A stretch of 56,999 nucleotides of DNA, filler included, from Dimargaris cristalligena (taxonomy: Eukaryota): the NCBI GenBank assembly GCA_003614675.1. It is 2 parts of 2 records of this genome, joined end to end, with 100 filler letters (N's around TTAATTAATTAA, not from the genome) between each part and the next. Parts side by side here need not be neighbours in the genome. Positions count along the whole stretch, not along the records: positions 28,689 to 56,999 come from ML002501.1; 1 more part is not named here. One strand, given 5' to 3'. Made by a program: the position numbers and the translations under genes. Below are positions 39,625-52,853 of the stretch, piece after piece (position 1 is the first letter of the stretch; each line of letters starts with the position of its first letter). Under the pieces are notes generated by a model, which had not been told where the DNA came from, did not search any database, and saw only the letters and a program-made list of their open reading frames with translations.

Positions 39625-40427
39625 CCTCCCCCCCTCTTAACGGTATACTTTCCCATTTTTCCGGTATTGTACCCTAGTGTAGATTGATTATCGTGGATGC
39701 GCCCCTTTAGAGTCAGGGCTGTGGGTGTTAGGGAGGATAGGGATAGGGATTGGGGAATATTCGAGTCCGTCTTGGAGGCCATTCTCATACCATTGGTTAT
39801 TTTTATAGAGATAATAAGTACACCGGTACCTCAATTACTGTTTAATTTACCCCCTTCCCTGTCCGCCTATTTGATTGTTCCTTCGCCTCACGGTCCACTG
39901 CCATTTCCGGTTTGCCCAAAAATTTCCTCATTTCGAAACCTATGATCGCCCAAACTTGTGTGCAGGGATTACATAAATTGTTAAGAATTTTTCCACCAAC
40001 TCTAATTGCGGGACCTAGTAGACTACACATAATTAATTTAGAGTAGCCTGGTCTGCTTATATGGTTCATCGAAAATGTAGACATAGAGGAATGCACTATT
40101 AACAAAGCTACTCTTCAACCACCATGCAAATAATTGGTGATATCCGCCTCGCACATCGCCTGCAGGCCCCATTTTCTTGCAGAATGCCTAGCACCGATTT
40201 TTTTTTTTGTATTTAGCTGGAATGTCCATATATAATACTAATGTTTCAAGGATATTCTAAATTGGGTGATTTATTGAATAATTTACTAACGCATGTGATG
40301 ACTGCTCTACAAAGATACATTTCTTTTAAATGATATATTGGTTAAGCAACCGGTCTAACGGATGCTTGGCTTTTTTTATTTTTTTGAATTCCCTGGGCAC
40401 ACGATACTCGGCCGGTTACTTGCTTAT

Positions 40428-41780
40428 CTACTTACGATTCTTGTATGTTATTTGGCGCTCAATGGCAGTTTTCCTGGCCAATTCCGTTAAATCGCGAATG
40501 TTGGCTTCGGTGGCTGGCATACCATTCACCCGATCAATTATAACATACATATCCTGCTTGTGCTGTACGAGTGACAGTATTGTCGAATTGAGTTCCTCAC
40601 ACGAATCGGTCCGGAAATCGAAGAGAGGGGTGACCATAAAATCCTCATTGGTGGGCTCCTCTTTGATACCGCGGGAGATTCTCACTAATTTGCTGGCGGG
40701 GAAACCGATATGATTGAAAAAGGCCACAGTGATCTTTACACTGATCATCTGCTCCTGTTGGAACAGGATGGGAAACTCGCCGTGGGGTCCGATGTATTTT
40801 TCCAGGACGGGGTTAAGGTCCAGTTCGGGTTGGTGTTCCTCAAAGGGTAGACGGGGAGTTACCCCAAGGTCCATGTCATTCTTGAGCTTCTGACATTCGT
40901 CAACCACAAATGACAGGGTGCCGCGTAATAGTTTGTATGGCCCAGCGGGGACAAACGTTTCCGCGGTCGGTGGGGAATCTGTTTCACCCCCGGGGGCGGG
41001 GTTGGGGCTGCTATTGATTGATGCTACGACACTCGACGAATATTCCGCATCATTGGGAACCACCCGGGTTTGGCGAAGGGAGGTACGATGGGGGCGTCTA
41101 ACGACGGGCGCTTCAGACGACGGGGATCGGAAGCGCTTGGGGGTAGATTGTGAGGGCCGCGACGGGTGCGGGCTGGGAGCCAAGGGGGACCGAATGGATT
41201 GCCAACGGGCCGGATTCGACGCCACTCTATTGGCAAGGAAAGTGGGCGGATACGGGTGGGTATCTGGTGGTGCATAGTTGAAGCGCAAGTGGCTGGGCAG
41301 GGATGGATCCTGCTGGTAAGAGTTGGTGGTCATAGGGGGGTTCGCCGGGGCCCGTTGGAGTGTGTAGGGAGCGGGGAACTCAGTCGGGCCACCCAGAGTC
41401 GCAAAATAGAAATTGGGCGCAGAGTAGGAGTTGGAAATATCACTGATGGGCTGAGAGCTAAGCGAAACGGGCGATGCCGCCGGCAGGGAAGTGAACTGAT
41501 AGGAAGTGTAGGGATAATTCTCGGGCTCAGTGGGTGGGGACTGGCTATTATAAGCTGAATTAATCATTGGTATATTGGCTGGTAATTCAACCGAAAGTCC
41601 GTTATATTCCAAAATATTATAACCTGAAGGCAAGGTGTTAGTCAATCGACGACCCTGGTTTAGTCGTCGCTGATAGGGCTGGTTCGGCGGTGGCCCGGAG
41701 TTGGGATTATCGCCTTGATACATGGCTTGAGCATGGCAAAAGCTCAGAGTGAAGAGTGCAAGCACAGTAATGCAGGCCAT
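40428..41780 (-). CDS. Orphan secreted Pro/Ser-rich protein (possible effector); 3' end may be spliced further
   Basis: In-frame ATG at 41780 gives the signal peptide MACITVLALFTLSFCHAQA, followed by a ~450-aa open frame. A GTAAGT overlaps the apparent stop. Confidence 0.65.
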   Translation of the reverse strand: MACITVLALFTLSFCHAQAMYQGDNPNSGPPPNQPYQRRLNQGRRLTNTLPSGYNILEYNGLSVELPANIPMINSAYNSQSPPTEPENYPYTSYQFTSLPAASPVSLSSQPISDISNSYSAPNFYFATLGGPTEFPAPYTLQRAPANPPMTTNSYQQDPSLPSHLRFNYAPPDTHPYPPTFLANRVASNPARWQSIRSPLAPSPHPSRPSQSTPKRFRSPSSEAPVVRRPHRTSLRQTRVVPNDAEYSSSVVASINSSPNPAPGGETDSPPTAETFVPAGPYKLLRGTLSFVVDECQKLKNDMDLGVTPRLPFEEHQPELDLNPVLEKYIGPHGEFPILFQQEQMISVKITVAFFNHIGFPASKLVRISRGIKEEPTNEDFMVTPLFDFRTDSCEELNSTILSLVQHKQDMYVIIDRVNGMPATEANIRDLTELARKTAIERQITYKNRK

Positions 41781-44700
41781 GGTGTTTGAACAATCTAGAC
41801 AGTCAGTAAAGGGGAGCAGTTCACACATTAAACAACGACCGAAAGAATAATGTTGAAGGGAAGGCCCAGGGGGAAAAGAATAATAGTAAATACAAGCGGA
41901 CGATGGATGAATAAACCATTCACATAGGTAAGTGCCGAATTGGGACATTTAAATAGTAATGGTTTTTACCCTTTAGACACTTGGTCAAAATGCCATTATA
42001 TCTATACAGCAGGATTGGGCAAATATAGTCTAAGGGATACATGCCAGAGGGAATTTTTGCGTTACCTTTGCGTCCCCTCTGTTCCCTTGTACATTTTTGT
42101 CACGAATAGCGAAGACGACGCGGCCTCCCAATGGGGCCGGTATCCTCTAGAAATATATTTTTGTTATGGTATTTTCAACCGACCCTTTAGCGCTAGGCTT
42201 TCTTAACCTATTGGAGGGTAGGTACTAGTAGATACACCCCACTATGAACCGAGGCCTTGCAAGTCGCATAATGGGACGGCAGGGATTGGGCTGACTAATG
42301 TCGGAGCGACTTCTGGTGAATTGCCCGGATTAATAGGAACCGCACAGCCCATACTCTCGAGGGTCTGGTATTTAACGGTTAATTACATGATGTATTTAGA
42401 GCGAACTGGCTGACTCGTTCTTTGGTGTATTAGAGTGCAGCTTGAGCAGCGGTTGAGTCATGGGAGAAGTTCAAAAAAATAATAGTAGATAACCATGCGT
42501 AACTAAACTGGAATTATAATGGGCCCTGTTTTACTGACTCGACGGGCCAACTCGCCGACAATGGGCACGTCAAGGAAGCTATCCACGAAGGCCAGCGTTT
42601 GGCCTAATAGATAAAAACCCACGCCTTAATTGAATAGGCCTTACCGTAAACCAGTGATAAAAACACCATGCTTCCTGACACTCTAGTTGAGTAGTAGAGC
42701 CGGTGCTTCTCGTGGACTGAAACAAGTTACATCGGTCTAGTTGTCGCTGAACACCAACATGGCTAAAAACATGAGCATTTCCGGCCCATGGTTCCACAGC
42801 GACTCTTAGGTTATACAATCGCCCTCCGATTACAACCGAACTATGTATTTACGCCCCTTGTTAGACTCTCGCTTTTTTTTTGTCAGGATAGCCCTACATA
42901 GTGACTGGCTCACCGAAAACGGGCCGACTGGGCGGGAAAAGGTCTTCTATCCCTCCGGTCCTTTTATGATGGTTTTGTAGCAGGGCTCTGGCCCAATGCC
43001 TCGGGCGTGGGGTATTCAAAATGTGACTAGGTGTGAAATATTATCTGACTTGCGATGCAGTAGTCCTGTTATAGACTTGAACGCCCACATGACGCGGACT
43101 ATCCCCAATCCCATTACCAACTGAAAACCACCCTGGTTGAAACAATGGTGTAATAAGGGAGCCATTGGCTGGATCGTGAAAATGGTTTGCTCTGGTTGAA
43201 TATTGGTTAGAATACCTTCTAGACTACCCTGGAACGGGCGGCATTACCGCGGATGCCAGCTTTTAATTCAGTGGAAAACCACCCGTTTGACATAAATGGC
43301 ATGATATCAGGAAATACATAGTTTTGCCGCCAAGTAGCCGCATATTTTAGGGATGCGACTTTCCTTTGGATTGGCTGACGATATTATTATACGGGTCGTT
43401 CACTTTCGGCTATTCAGTGGACTGACTCCTTCAATGTATTCACCCACATACTTGCACATGTAATATGCTCCATGTACACAATCGAATGGGAAAGTTAGTA
43501 GTGGCCTTCGTGATCCACAAGGCACAGTGCTAACCCGCCAGTCAGCGGACCAGTGCTGCTATTTGTAGGGCATCCAGTCGAATACGCCCCCATTTGAAGG
43601 CTTAACAACAATAGAGCAAAGCCCGGCGGATTTAAATTCCGAGTGTTCCTGTATAGTCGACTAGGGTGGAATTGAGTTACTTGGTCGTGAGGATGTCTTA
43701 AAAACGTGCCTCAAAAAAGGGTTTTAAACGGCCACTTTTAATGCCCGCTGCTCATTCCCCTACACCGTGTGAGTGGGATGGATAGGTAGAGGTCACTTTT
43801 TAATATGCGGTCCGATAGCCAACTGATGTGGGGCGAATGTTTTTCCACGGGCGGGAAGGTACATTTGCGCAGCTGGATATGAGCACGGGGGCGGGTCGTT
43901 CTATGCGAAAATAAAAATAAAAATACGAACTGGGGTGAACTATACTAGTCAACGGTCACCGTGACCAATAGACAAGGGAGTTGGGGAAACAAGGGATTCA
44001 ACCAGGTCAGCCCTAGCGGGCGGCCATTGGCGGTTGAATGGACGAGCTGTCGAGCACAAGGAAGGGCTTGTGCGACCAACAGCAGTTCGCTAAAGCTACG
44101 GAGATTCGTCCAATAGTGCCGAAATTGTACAACCGTTAGGGTTAGAGTAAAGGAATACGGGGGTGGGTGGATGTATGTGAAGGGGGAAGGAGAGAATGGT
44201 GGCTTTATTTCTTCGCTACCCATTAGGGACATTAGGGCTTGTCCCGTGGCTTGATTTGTGCACTGGACGAGATGGTGTTTAGCCCAGTTTCCTCGCTCAA
44301 GTCGATCAGCCCATATGGTGGACCCTTGGTCGGTAATTTGCCCGTTTCATCTCGCTTGCCCCCTCGATACTACCATATGCATGCCCCCCTCCCTTAACCA
44401 TAATATTCCCACTACATGGTATATTACATTCACTCGCCTGTGTTAGTAACGAAAAGTAGCCGATGGGAGCCTCCCGCGTGACCCTCTTGTTCATATCTAT
44501 ACACTGTATTAATATCAAACTTGTACCGCAAGCCGGTATTTCCAACCAGGCCACTCTGGGGCAAATTAGGTGAGACCAAGTCTGATCAGAAAACTCGGAT
44601 TTCTCACTCCTCTCTGCAGGCTATACTAGTTCGGTCTCTCAAGTCCTCCCCCTCTCTAATCTGCCGAAGTGCCCATCCGCCCGCTAGGGCTAAACTCCTG

Positions 44701-46236
44701 CATTTTTGGGCCTTCGGAAAATAACCATTATTCTAATATGCCACTTGATACGACCATTTTTAGATGTATGTTTATTACGCAGGTTATAGGAAGTGGTGGA
44801 GCAAGAGCGGGAGACACCAATAGAACTATTAATACACGGCTCCGGAGATGGATAGGTGAGAGCACCCCTGGAGTACAGTGATATCTTTAACCCCAGGTTC
44901 CACTCCGCAAACGCTGCATATCCTAGTACTTAACAGGAAACTCGCATTCCATTTCCATGGCTTTACAAGGCAATTTTATCCGAAGAATTAAATAATGAAT
45001 TCTGTTCCCAATTTTCGGATCCCACTACGTGCAAATCCGTCCATTAAAGTAAACATCCGACCGCAGGGCTTGATTCTTTGAACCTGCCCTACCGTTGGTA
45101 TTGCTGTTTCAGAGACTGGTTAAACAGACGAAGGGGAGGTGCCTGAGAGTAAAGTAAGGGAACAATATTCAAGTATTGCAAAAGGTGGACTAGTACCGGC
45201 ATTTAGGCGTACACTGTTGTACGCCCTGGTCGATATCCTCACTTAGTGTTTCCTTGGGGACCGCTGCTTCTGCTCCCTTTGGTGTAGGTCGGAGGGTAAG
45301 TGATTCTCCCCCAACAGATTTGGCTTAGTCCCCTTGCACTACTGTAGCCTACTTATACTCAATGACTCATAGTTTCTGCCGCAATTCCCTCTCTTCTCCC
45401 CACGTATCCTATTGATAGCCTCTTCCTTCTACCCTGTCGTCTCGCCCTAGTCGTATCCCCTCTTCCTTTCCGACCAGTTTCCCCTTTTCGACCGCACTAT
45501 AGGAATTATTGGCTAGCCTATGAATGACTTCACCGTTGGTTAGACCAGAATTCATCAATCCAAAGGGGGTTATAAAAGAGGCGATATTTCCTGTCGCTCC
45601 TAGTGTCCCTTTCCCCATCTTTATTTTCCCTCGGCCTATCCCCCTTGCATTTTCGTTTCTCCTCCTTTTTTTTTGGTAGTGTTTGCCACCCGTTCTCTAG
45701 CCTAGCGTATCCTAATAAAGGGGTTTTATACGGTTTAGTACTTGAGGTGGACGGTTATTTTGACTTGAGTCACCCCCCTCAATCCCCATTTATATATATT
45801 AAGCAACCAGCCATCGCACCGTCCAACCTGCTCCGGTTCATACATGAGACACTGTGCTCTTTCCCCAATTTCTCCATTTATTTCACCGGCCTTGAGCGGC
45901 AATTTTGACTAAATTGCCTCCCATCCTGTCCGACTTTAATAAACTCGTTCGGTTTAGTCCTTCTTTACTACCTAATCCCCCCAAACGACCATCTTTAATA
46001 TCCCCATTTTCTCTCATTTACCACTTTGCGGCCAATTTCTAGCCATCGCCACATTGAATACTCCTTTGATATACCTATAGAACCTCACCATTACCCATAA
46101 TACTATTATTATTTCCTATAGACACCCCTTCCCTTTTTTTTATACATTTTTGCTATACCCTTAAGTATCTGGGTTCGAGTGCCCTTTAATATCTATTTTT
46201 ATTTGGAGTAGTTTTCCTAAAGAACATCCCGACATC

Positions 46237-48360
46237 ATGGATACCAAATTTCCCTCGGACAGCGATTCGAGCGTGGAAAAGGTTTCCACTTTTGTGAGCA
46301 GCGATGACCAAGGCACGGCTCTCGAAAAACAGGGCGATTTGGGCCCACCGACCCTGAGCGGGCCCATCATGGACAAGAAGGAACTGTGGGGTTGGTACGG
46401 TATCTCATGGGCCGTGGAGCCTTACTCAGTCGTGGTGAGCGCCGTTTTCTTACCCCTGGTCCTCGAAAGTCTGGCCCACCAGGCCGGTTTCCAAGCCGAC
46501 CGCGTTACCCCATGCGACGAAGCGACCCTGTCCCGCGACTGCCAGGTCCTGTTTGGCGCTAGCTGGATCACTACCACGAGCCTGCCGTTGTACTGTTCGG
46601 CGATTAGCGTTGTTCTGCAGGCCTTCCTATTCGTAGGTCTGAGTTCCCTGGCCGACCACGGTGGTAAGTAGTAACTCCCTTTTTGGGAATTGATGCAGAC
46701 ATATGGAGACTGCAGAGAAGTATCCCTTTTTCTTTGTGCACTTCCTTTTTTATCGGAGAATACCCCGTGCATACTCTCAATTTTCACTTGCCATCATGGC
46801 TAATAGGTGATGTGGATGGAACTGGGGGTGTCCCGGGCCTGTTGTTTAATTTCCCTATTCATCCAAAGGGTGGTGAATAGGAGCAAGATAACGGAGCTTT
46901 GGAGGGGGGCTTGGCCTCTGCCACCTCATAACTTCACCCACTACTGCCTACGCCCCTGGGCCAGCATGACCAGTGCCACTGTTGCCTCTCCTTTCTTAAA
47001 TTAGTCTCCGGTTTACCACTTACAGTATATCCTCGTATACCATACCCCGCTGTATCCTGCAGGTGCGCATCGCTCCACCTGTCGATTATTTACATGACCC
47101 GTTCGGAAACTAACTCCCATATATGCAAAAATCCATCTAATTTTGCCTACGTTTTATCACTCCTACGCTCCACGCTTACCGTTGCCACAATCCATACATA
47201 AATACACAACTACCGTAGACTGGCGCAAGACGTTCCTCATCTTCTTCAACATCGCCGGTGCGCTGTCCACCATCTGTCTGTTCGCCGTCTTCAAACCCGA
47301 GCTCTACGGCCTGGCCACCGCACTGACCATTATCAGCAATCTCTGTTTCGGCGCTGTGCACGTTTTCTTCTACGCTTATTTGCACACGCTGACCGAACAC
47401 CACCCCGAGGTGGTGGAGGCGGCGCGTTTGGAAACGGAGGAGGAGCGCCGGGCCGTCCGGGAACGGGTGTCCAATTCCATTTCGGGCAACTGTTTCGCCA
47501 TCGGGTACGGCGGGGCCTTGATCATGCTTGTCGTGGGGGCTTTGATTGTCTATTTTTGCAACCAAACCAACTACAGCATGCTCATCTCGTGTGGCCTGTC
47601 CGGTATCTGGTGGCTATTTTTCACCCTGGTGCCCGCGTTGTGGCTGAAGCGGCGGCCGGGGCCGCCCCTGCCGGAGGGCGAAAACTACCTGTTTTATTCG
47701 TTTAAACAAGTTGGGCGTACGTTCCGCCAAGCGGGCAAACTGTCCAATACTTTCCTGTTTCTGATGGCCTGGTTTTTCCTGTCCGACGGTTACAGTACCA
47801 TTGTGTCCGTCTCTATTCTATTCGTCAAGAGTAACCTCAAGGCCAACAACATCCAGCTCATCATCGCCGCTTTTATCGTGCCTTTTTCCTCCATCATTGG
47901 TAATTTCCTGTTTTTGTTCATCCAGCGTCGCTTGAAGATATCTACCCGGAATATGATTATCATCATTGGTACGTTGTACATTCTCCTCCCCATCTACGGG
48001 ATTCTGGGCTTCTTCACCCCGTTTGGTCTGCGCCACATTTACGAGATTTACGTGGTGGCGGTGTACCACGGGCTCATGTTCGGCGCCGTACAGTCCTTCT
48101 GCCGGGTGCTGTTCTGCGAGTTGTTGCCCCCCGGTCACGAAAACGAGTTCTTCGGCTTGTACGAAATTACCGACAAGGGTAGTTCCTGGATCGGACCGTT
48201 GGTCTCGGGTGCCATTTCCGATCTCACCGGGGAGCTGCGCTACGCGTTCTACTTCTTATTGGCTATGCTGGCCATTCCTGTGGTCATTCTCTACTTCGTC
48301 GACGTCGAAAAGGGCAAGAAGGAGGCGATTGCTTTCTCCAAGCGTCAGAAGCGGCATTAA
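46237..48360 (+). CDS. ATG22: Atg22-family MFS vacuolar amino-acid efflux transporter; exons 46237-46663, 47219-48360
   Basis: KKELWGWYGISWAVEPY..FLPLVLE, ADHGDWRK, WLKRRPGPPLP..F.FL.AWFFLSDG, QSFCRVLFCELLPPGHENEFFGLYEITDKGSSWIGP..G.LRYAF. Phase-1 GT-AG intron. Confidence 0.93.
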
Positions 48361-48695
48361 AGGGTTGGGAGATGGTGTTAGCTAGTGTCATTTTCCCCGT
48401 TTAATATTTCCAAGACCCCTTTCTTATAATCCCCCTACTCGACAATTGTTATTCAATATAATATACCCCCATTTTATATATATATCCCGTGTGGCAAACC
48501 CACTACTTTGGACGTTTTTCTAATATTGTTTTTCTCTTTTTCTCGCTTAATATTTTGAATATCTTATAACTTTATTTCGGATAATATCGCAATGGAGACT
48601 GAGGAAGACTAAACGGCTACATAGTAAAGCAATACCTGCCTGGGTGGGCAGCACTTAATTGTGCAAATAGCTAAAAAATATACGGGATTCATGTA

Positions 48696-50276
48696 CTATA
48701 CTGGGTGCTGAAAAGGAGGTTGCAAAATATACAACGGCCCACATTCACCATTACCAACCCATTTGCTGTTTAGTGGTGGCTGCTGGGCAGGTTGGTGGTG
48801 GCCGGGGGGGCTCTTCAGCTGTTGGCCCTCTTCTTTTTTGGCCTCATTACCCGTCAGAGAACCGGCCGCCTTCAAAGCCACCCCCTTGATGCGATCACCC
48901 AGGCTGGGTTTGGGGGCTTCTGCTGTGGGGCGGGCGTTGGCTCCCGACAACAGTGCGGGGGTATCAGTGTGACCGGGCTTGCCGGTGTTACCACTGTGGG
49001 CGTGGCTGGTACCACTGGTGTGGTGTTGGTGGGGGTGGTCGTCGGTGGTTTGTTGCTGGCTCTGGTAAGCGTTAGCGCCCACGCCCAGGGTGGTAGTACC
49101 CAGGGCTTTATTGGAGTAGTCGCTGGCGCCTAGACCACCACCACTGCCAGTGGTATTGTGCGAAGGCTTGTCACTGCGGTTGTTATCACCGCTGACCCCC
49201 GCTGGGCGGGGTGGGATGGAGGGGGCTGCTGCGACGTTCCCGGACGAGATACCGCTGCTGCCGTGACCCTCCGCCGCCGCCGTTTGCATACCGGTCTTGT
49301 GTTGGGCGGAAGAATCGCGGTAGTGACCGGCAGTGGAAGTCACTCCGACACCTGGAACATTGGGGCCAATCTTGGTGTTAGCATTGTGCCCACTGCTACC
49401 ACCTCCAAAACGGTCGGTCTGATTGTAAGCGTTGCTGGCAGTGCTATCGTGGCTATAGTCGCGGCTACCGCGCGCGGTAGTAGGATGCTCGCTACGGTGG
49501 ATTCCCGTAGTCTCCTGCAGTTGCTGGTGGGTATTGACACCGCTGGGACGGGGGCCAGGGACCTGGTGGTCGCCCAAAGGGTTGCCGTAGTTCTTATGGC
49601 CGGACTGGTGGATATCGGCAATCGGCGTATTTGACGAAGGATTGCCGGACGAGACATGGGCAGCCTTGCCGGAAGAAATGGCACGGTCTCTATGACCGCT
49701 GGGGTCAAGGTTGGTTAGGCCAGTGGTCGTGGGATCATGGTAGTTGGACGCATCGTAAGTGCCAGCGGAGCCCGTAATTCCACCCGTGGCGGATGAGGCA
49801 GTGAGTCCGCCTTGGCGACCAATTCCGGTGCCGGTGGTATCTTGACCCAAGTGGCCACGGTGGGTGCCAGTGATATTCTGGTTTAGACGCCCGTGATCCG
49901 TGCCGGTAGTGTCCTGGTTGAGAGGGTTGTCGAGAGTAGATGATGGCGTATGGAAACCATGGGTCTGCGGATGTTCCTGCTGCTGCTGCTGCTGTTGGTG
50001 GTAGTTGCCGTGGGTCGACAGGTCAAGGGGGTTGCCTAGTCTAGATAAACCGGATTGGTATTGCCCATCGCGAGACTGCTGTTGAACAGGGAGACGGGCT
50101 TCATTTTGGGCACGGTTGTTGCTGCCATAGGCGCCTGAGAGGGTTTCAGAGGCGAGTTGGCCGTCGTTGGCCTGCTGCTGGGCCTGAGATTGGGATTGAA
50201 GGCTGCTTCCCTGGTAGTTGCTGTCCTTGGTGGTATCAAGACCAGTGGAGTGAGTGGTGATAGTGTTGGGATTCAT
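48696..50276 (-). CDS. Gly/Thr/His-rich hydrophilin (LEA/dehydrin-like) with C-terminal CsbD-like motif
   Basis: Single 526-aa ORF, highly hydrophilic, with QDTTGT-like repeats and KPSLGDRIKGVALKAAGSLTGNEAKKEEGQQLK. The exact 3' end may be spliced. Confidence 0.7.
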   Translation of the reverse strand: MNPNTITTHSTGLDTTKDSNYQGSSLQSQSQAQQQANDGQLASETLSGAYGSNNRAQNEARLPVQQQSRDGQYQSGLSRLGNPLDLSTHGNYHQQQQQQQEHPQTHGFHTPSSTLDNPLNQDTTGTDHGRLNQNITGTHRGHLGQDTTGTGIGRQGGLTASSATGGITGSAGTYDASNYHDPTTTGLTNLDPSGHRDRAISSGKAAHVSSGNPSSNTPIADIHQSGHKNYGNPLGDHQVPGPRPSGVNTHQQLQETTGIHRSEHPTTARGSRDYSHDSTASNAYNQTDRFGGGSSGHNANTKIGPNVPGVGVTSTAGHYRDSSAQHKTGMQTAAAEGHGSSGISSGNVAAAPSIPPRPAGVSGDNNRSDKPSHNTTGSGGGLGASDYSNKALGTTTLGVGANAYQSQQQTTDDHPHQHHTSGTSHAHSGNTGKPGHTDTPALLSGANARPTAEAPKPSLGDRIKGVALKAAGSLTGNEAKKEEGQQLKSPPGHHQPAQQPPLNSKWVGNGECGPLYILQPPFQHPV

Positions 50277-51724
50277 GGTGGCGAATAATAGGAGGGAGAG
50301 TTGGAAAAAAGAGAATACAAAGTTAAGTAAATGAAGAAAGAGTGGAAGTGATGGATAATTGATCAGATTGGTAGGTTAATTGAGTGATTGAGCAGATATG
50401 GTGAAAAATAAGAAGAGTAGGACAACGGGTCTCTTTATATGAGACTGGTCGCTCTTGGATATAGCCCATGGTTGGTATCGATTTGTCGATTTGTTTTCGG
50501 TAATAAAACTATTCCCCGAATTGCCTTTGGACATATGTCATGACTTTTAATGCTATGCATCATAGGCGCATCTCTCGCGTCCAACCTGCTTCAGGGATGA
50601 CATCAACATAATAATGAGGCGTGGTCCCCCCACTTTCGTCTCAGGTAGTCTAGGTTGGGCAATACTCCCAAATCTATCCAGCTGCCTAAAAGCCCATTAC
50701 CATGGAATAACCGATTTTCGTCACAGGATCTCAGCTTCGGCCGCTTTGTGAAATGACGGCGATGATGACGACGAATATAAACAATACTGCGGTATTATGG
50801 CGAAATTTTCCCTAGATTGACGATGGGCCAACCATCTCAAAAAACAGCCTTCCATTTTTCGACGACATTACCTAACTTCTACGCATCCGTTTGCTCATTG
50901 GGTGCGAAGCCGTTTTTCGTCGTGAGCGGATTTTTTCGACAGGATAAACCAATGAATACAAAGTGATACACTCTACTGACTATACTACTCCCTCCCTAGT
51001 GATATTGGCCACAATCGTCATTTGCCCGGAATAGATTAATATCCCCTCGCCGCTTCCCCGCCTTACCACTACTACTGGGGAAAATAGGTGCCGGCATTGC
51101 TTTCCAAATTAATAGCCAGGGAATTCGTCTTCTTGGTATCCGCATATCCCCTCCCCACATGCGACCACCGTAGTTGGTTGGCTACCATCCCAACTATTTC
51201 CAGGGTGGACTATTCCAAAGGGTGTGCAGCCATACTATAGGCCTTGCTGCCACTTGGCTTCTGGTAATCGCCATGGCAATAAATAGAAAGAATGATATTC
51301 CACTCATATTCAACTGAATTATTTTGGGATATTGAAGAAGGGGAGGGCACTCGTTTGTGGATACTTACTACCCAGCCACGATTAGTTCATTTTTAATACG
51401 AATTCCTTCTATCTGCCCAACCTGGCTGGTTTCACACTCATAAGTTCTATTTTTGCTTTATAGCCGGCCTAAATAGCACACTACTGGTGTATAAGTGTTA
51501 AGCCCAGTGCAATTGTATAGATATCCAAATGAAATGTAAATAGTAAAAGAGGAGGGGGAAATTAATTTTTAACAGGTAAAACCTGTCCCACCAAATGATG
51601 TATTTTTGTTATACAGCTGGACTGCGTATCTCTACCATCTCAATGATTCACCAAGTCTCGTGGTGTCGACCACTTGGCCAGACGACTCAAACGTTGAATC
51701 GGTCCCGGATATTCCCCCACAGCC

Positions 51725-52853
51725 CTACCCATTTAATGAGTTACGAACCAATTTACACACTGGGCCGTAATCCAGACCAAACGGGTCCGGGTATAAAAAT
51801 ACTGACGGCAGGCTGGGACCAGCCGGGGCCAATCCCGATAGGAAGTCGATGAGCTCGTTACGGATGGGACCCTTCGGGCAAACGGGTCGAGAGGCGGGGG
51901 TGGATGAAGCCAACTGGGGGGGAATCGACATCTGGGGGGATGGTGATGGTTTTGGCGGTTCTTGGCGGGCACTGCTCGGCGGTTGAGTGGTTTTGGCAGC
52001 GGGGGTGGTCAGGGGGATGATGGAAGGGGGCTTGAGGCCCATCTTCTTCGTGCACGGGGGCTGGGGAGTAGTAGTTTTGGGTTGATCGACTGGTTTCGGC
52101 AACGGGCCAGTGGATCCCAGGGTCTTGCTTCGCGCCAAGGCTTTTTTTATGTGTTTTTTACCAATACAATGCGGTGAGACGTCGTTGGCGCAAAGCACGC
52201 GTGTGCAGGCTAAGCATTTGTACCAACCGGACTCATCCAACAAGATATGCTCATCTATATTAGTGGGGACCTTTGGTTTTTGGTATCAGTGAAGGTTATG
52301 CGTTAAACAAAATAGGCAAGTGGTCACAATTTCAGGGTTAGCAATCGCAAGAGGAGCATACCCAAGGTCTCTCTCTCTCTTTCTTGCCAGCCCAAAAAAA
52401 GTAATATATATATATATATATAAAGAAAAGGAAATATCAAGTCGCATAAGAATATCATGTATAATAATAGTGGGAGCATTTGAGGATAACGGGGTAAATA
52501 ACACATACCTTGAATGTACGCTGTTTCTTTTTGGCAGGGGGCTGCTGGGCGGCATCCGGGTCCTTCGACCCCGCGTTTGGACCAAATATAGCGGCTTGAG
52601 CAGCTTTGGAGGCTGGATGAAGTTTAGCTGCTTTAGCAAGTTTGTCGGTTGGAGCGGGTTTGGCGGCTTTAGAAGATTTGGCGGGTTTAGCAGGTTTAGA
52701 AGTTGGAGCAGACTCTGGCGTAGTGGCTTTGGATCGAGGGCAAAGGACAGGTGGATCTACTCGGTTATCTACAAGGCAGTCCCGATCGGGGGAATGGGAT
52801 CTTGAATAGTACTCATCCTTTCGGGGGGTAGAGAGATTCTTAGAATCGGCCAT
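51725..52853 (-). CDS. Lys/Pro-rich protein with U1/matrin-type C2H2 zinc finger; exons 52853-52509, 52270-51725
   Basis: GTATGT donor after RTFK, GCTAAC branch point and AAG acceptor join two ORFs in frame (..TFK|VPTNIDEHILLDESGWYKCLACTRVLCANDVSPHCIGKKHIKK). NLS-like PPAKKKQR. Confidence 0.65.

Noticed and set aside
43090-43310. Weak tandem duplication around GAAAACCACCC..TTGA..AATGG
   Set aside because: Only two short, diverged units; not a CRISPR-like or regular array.
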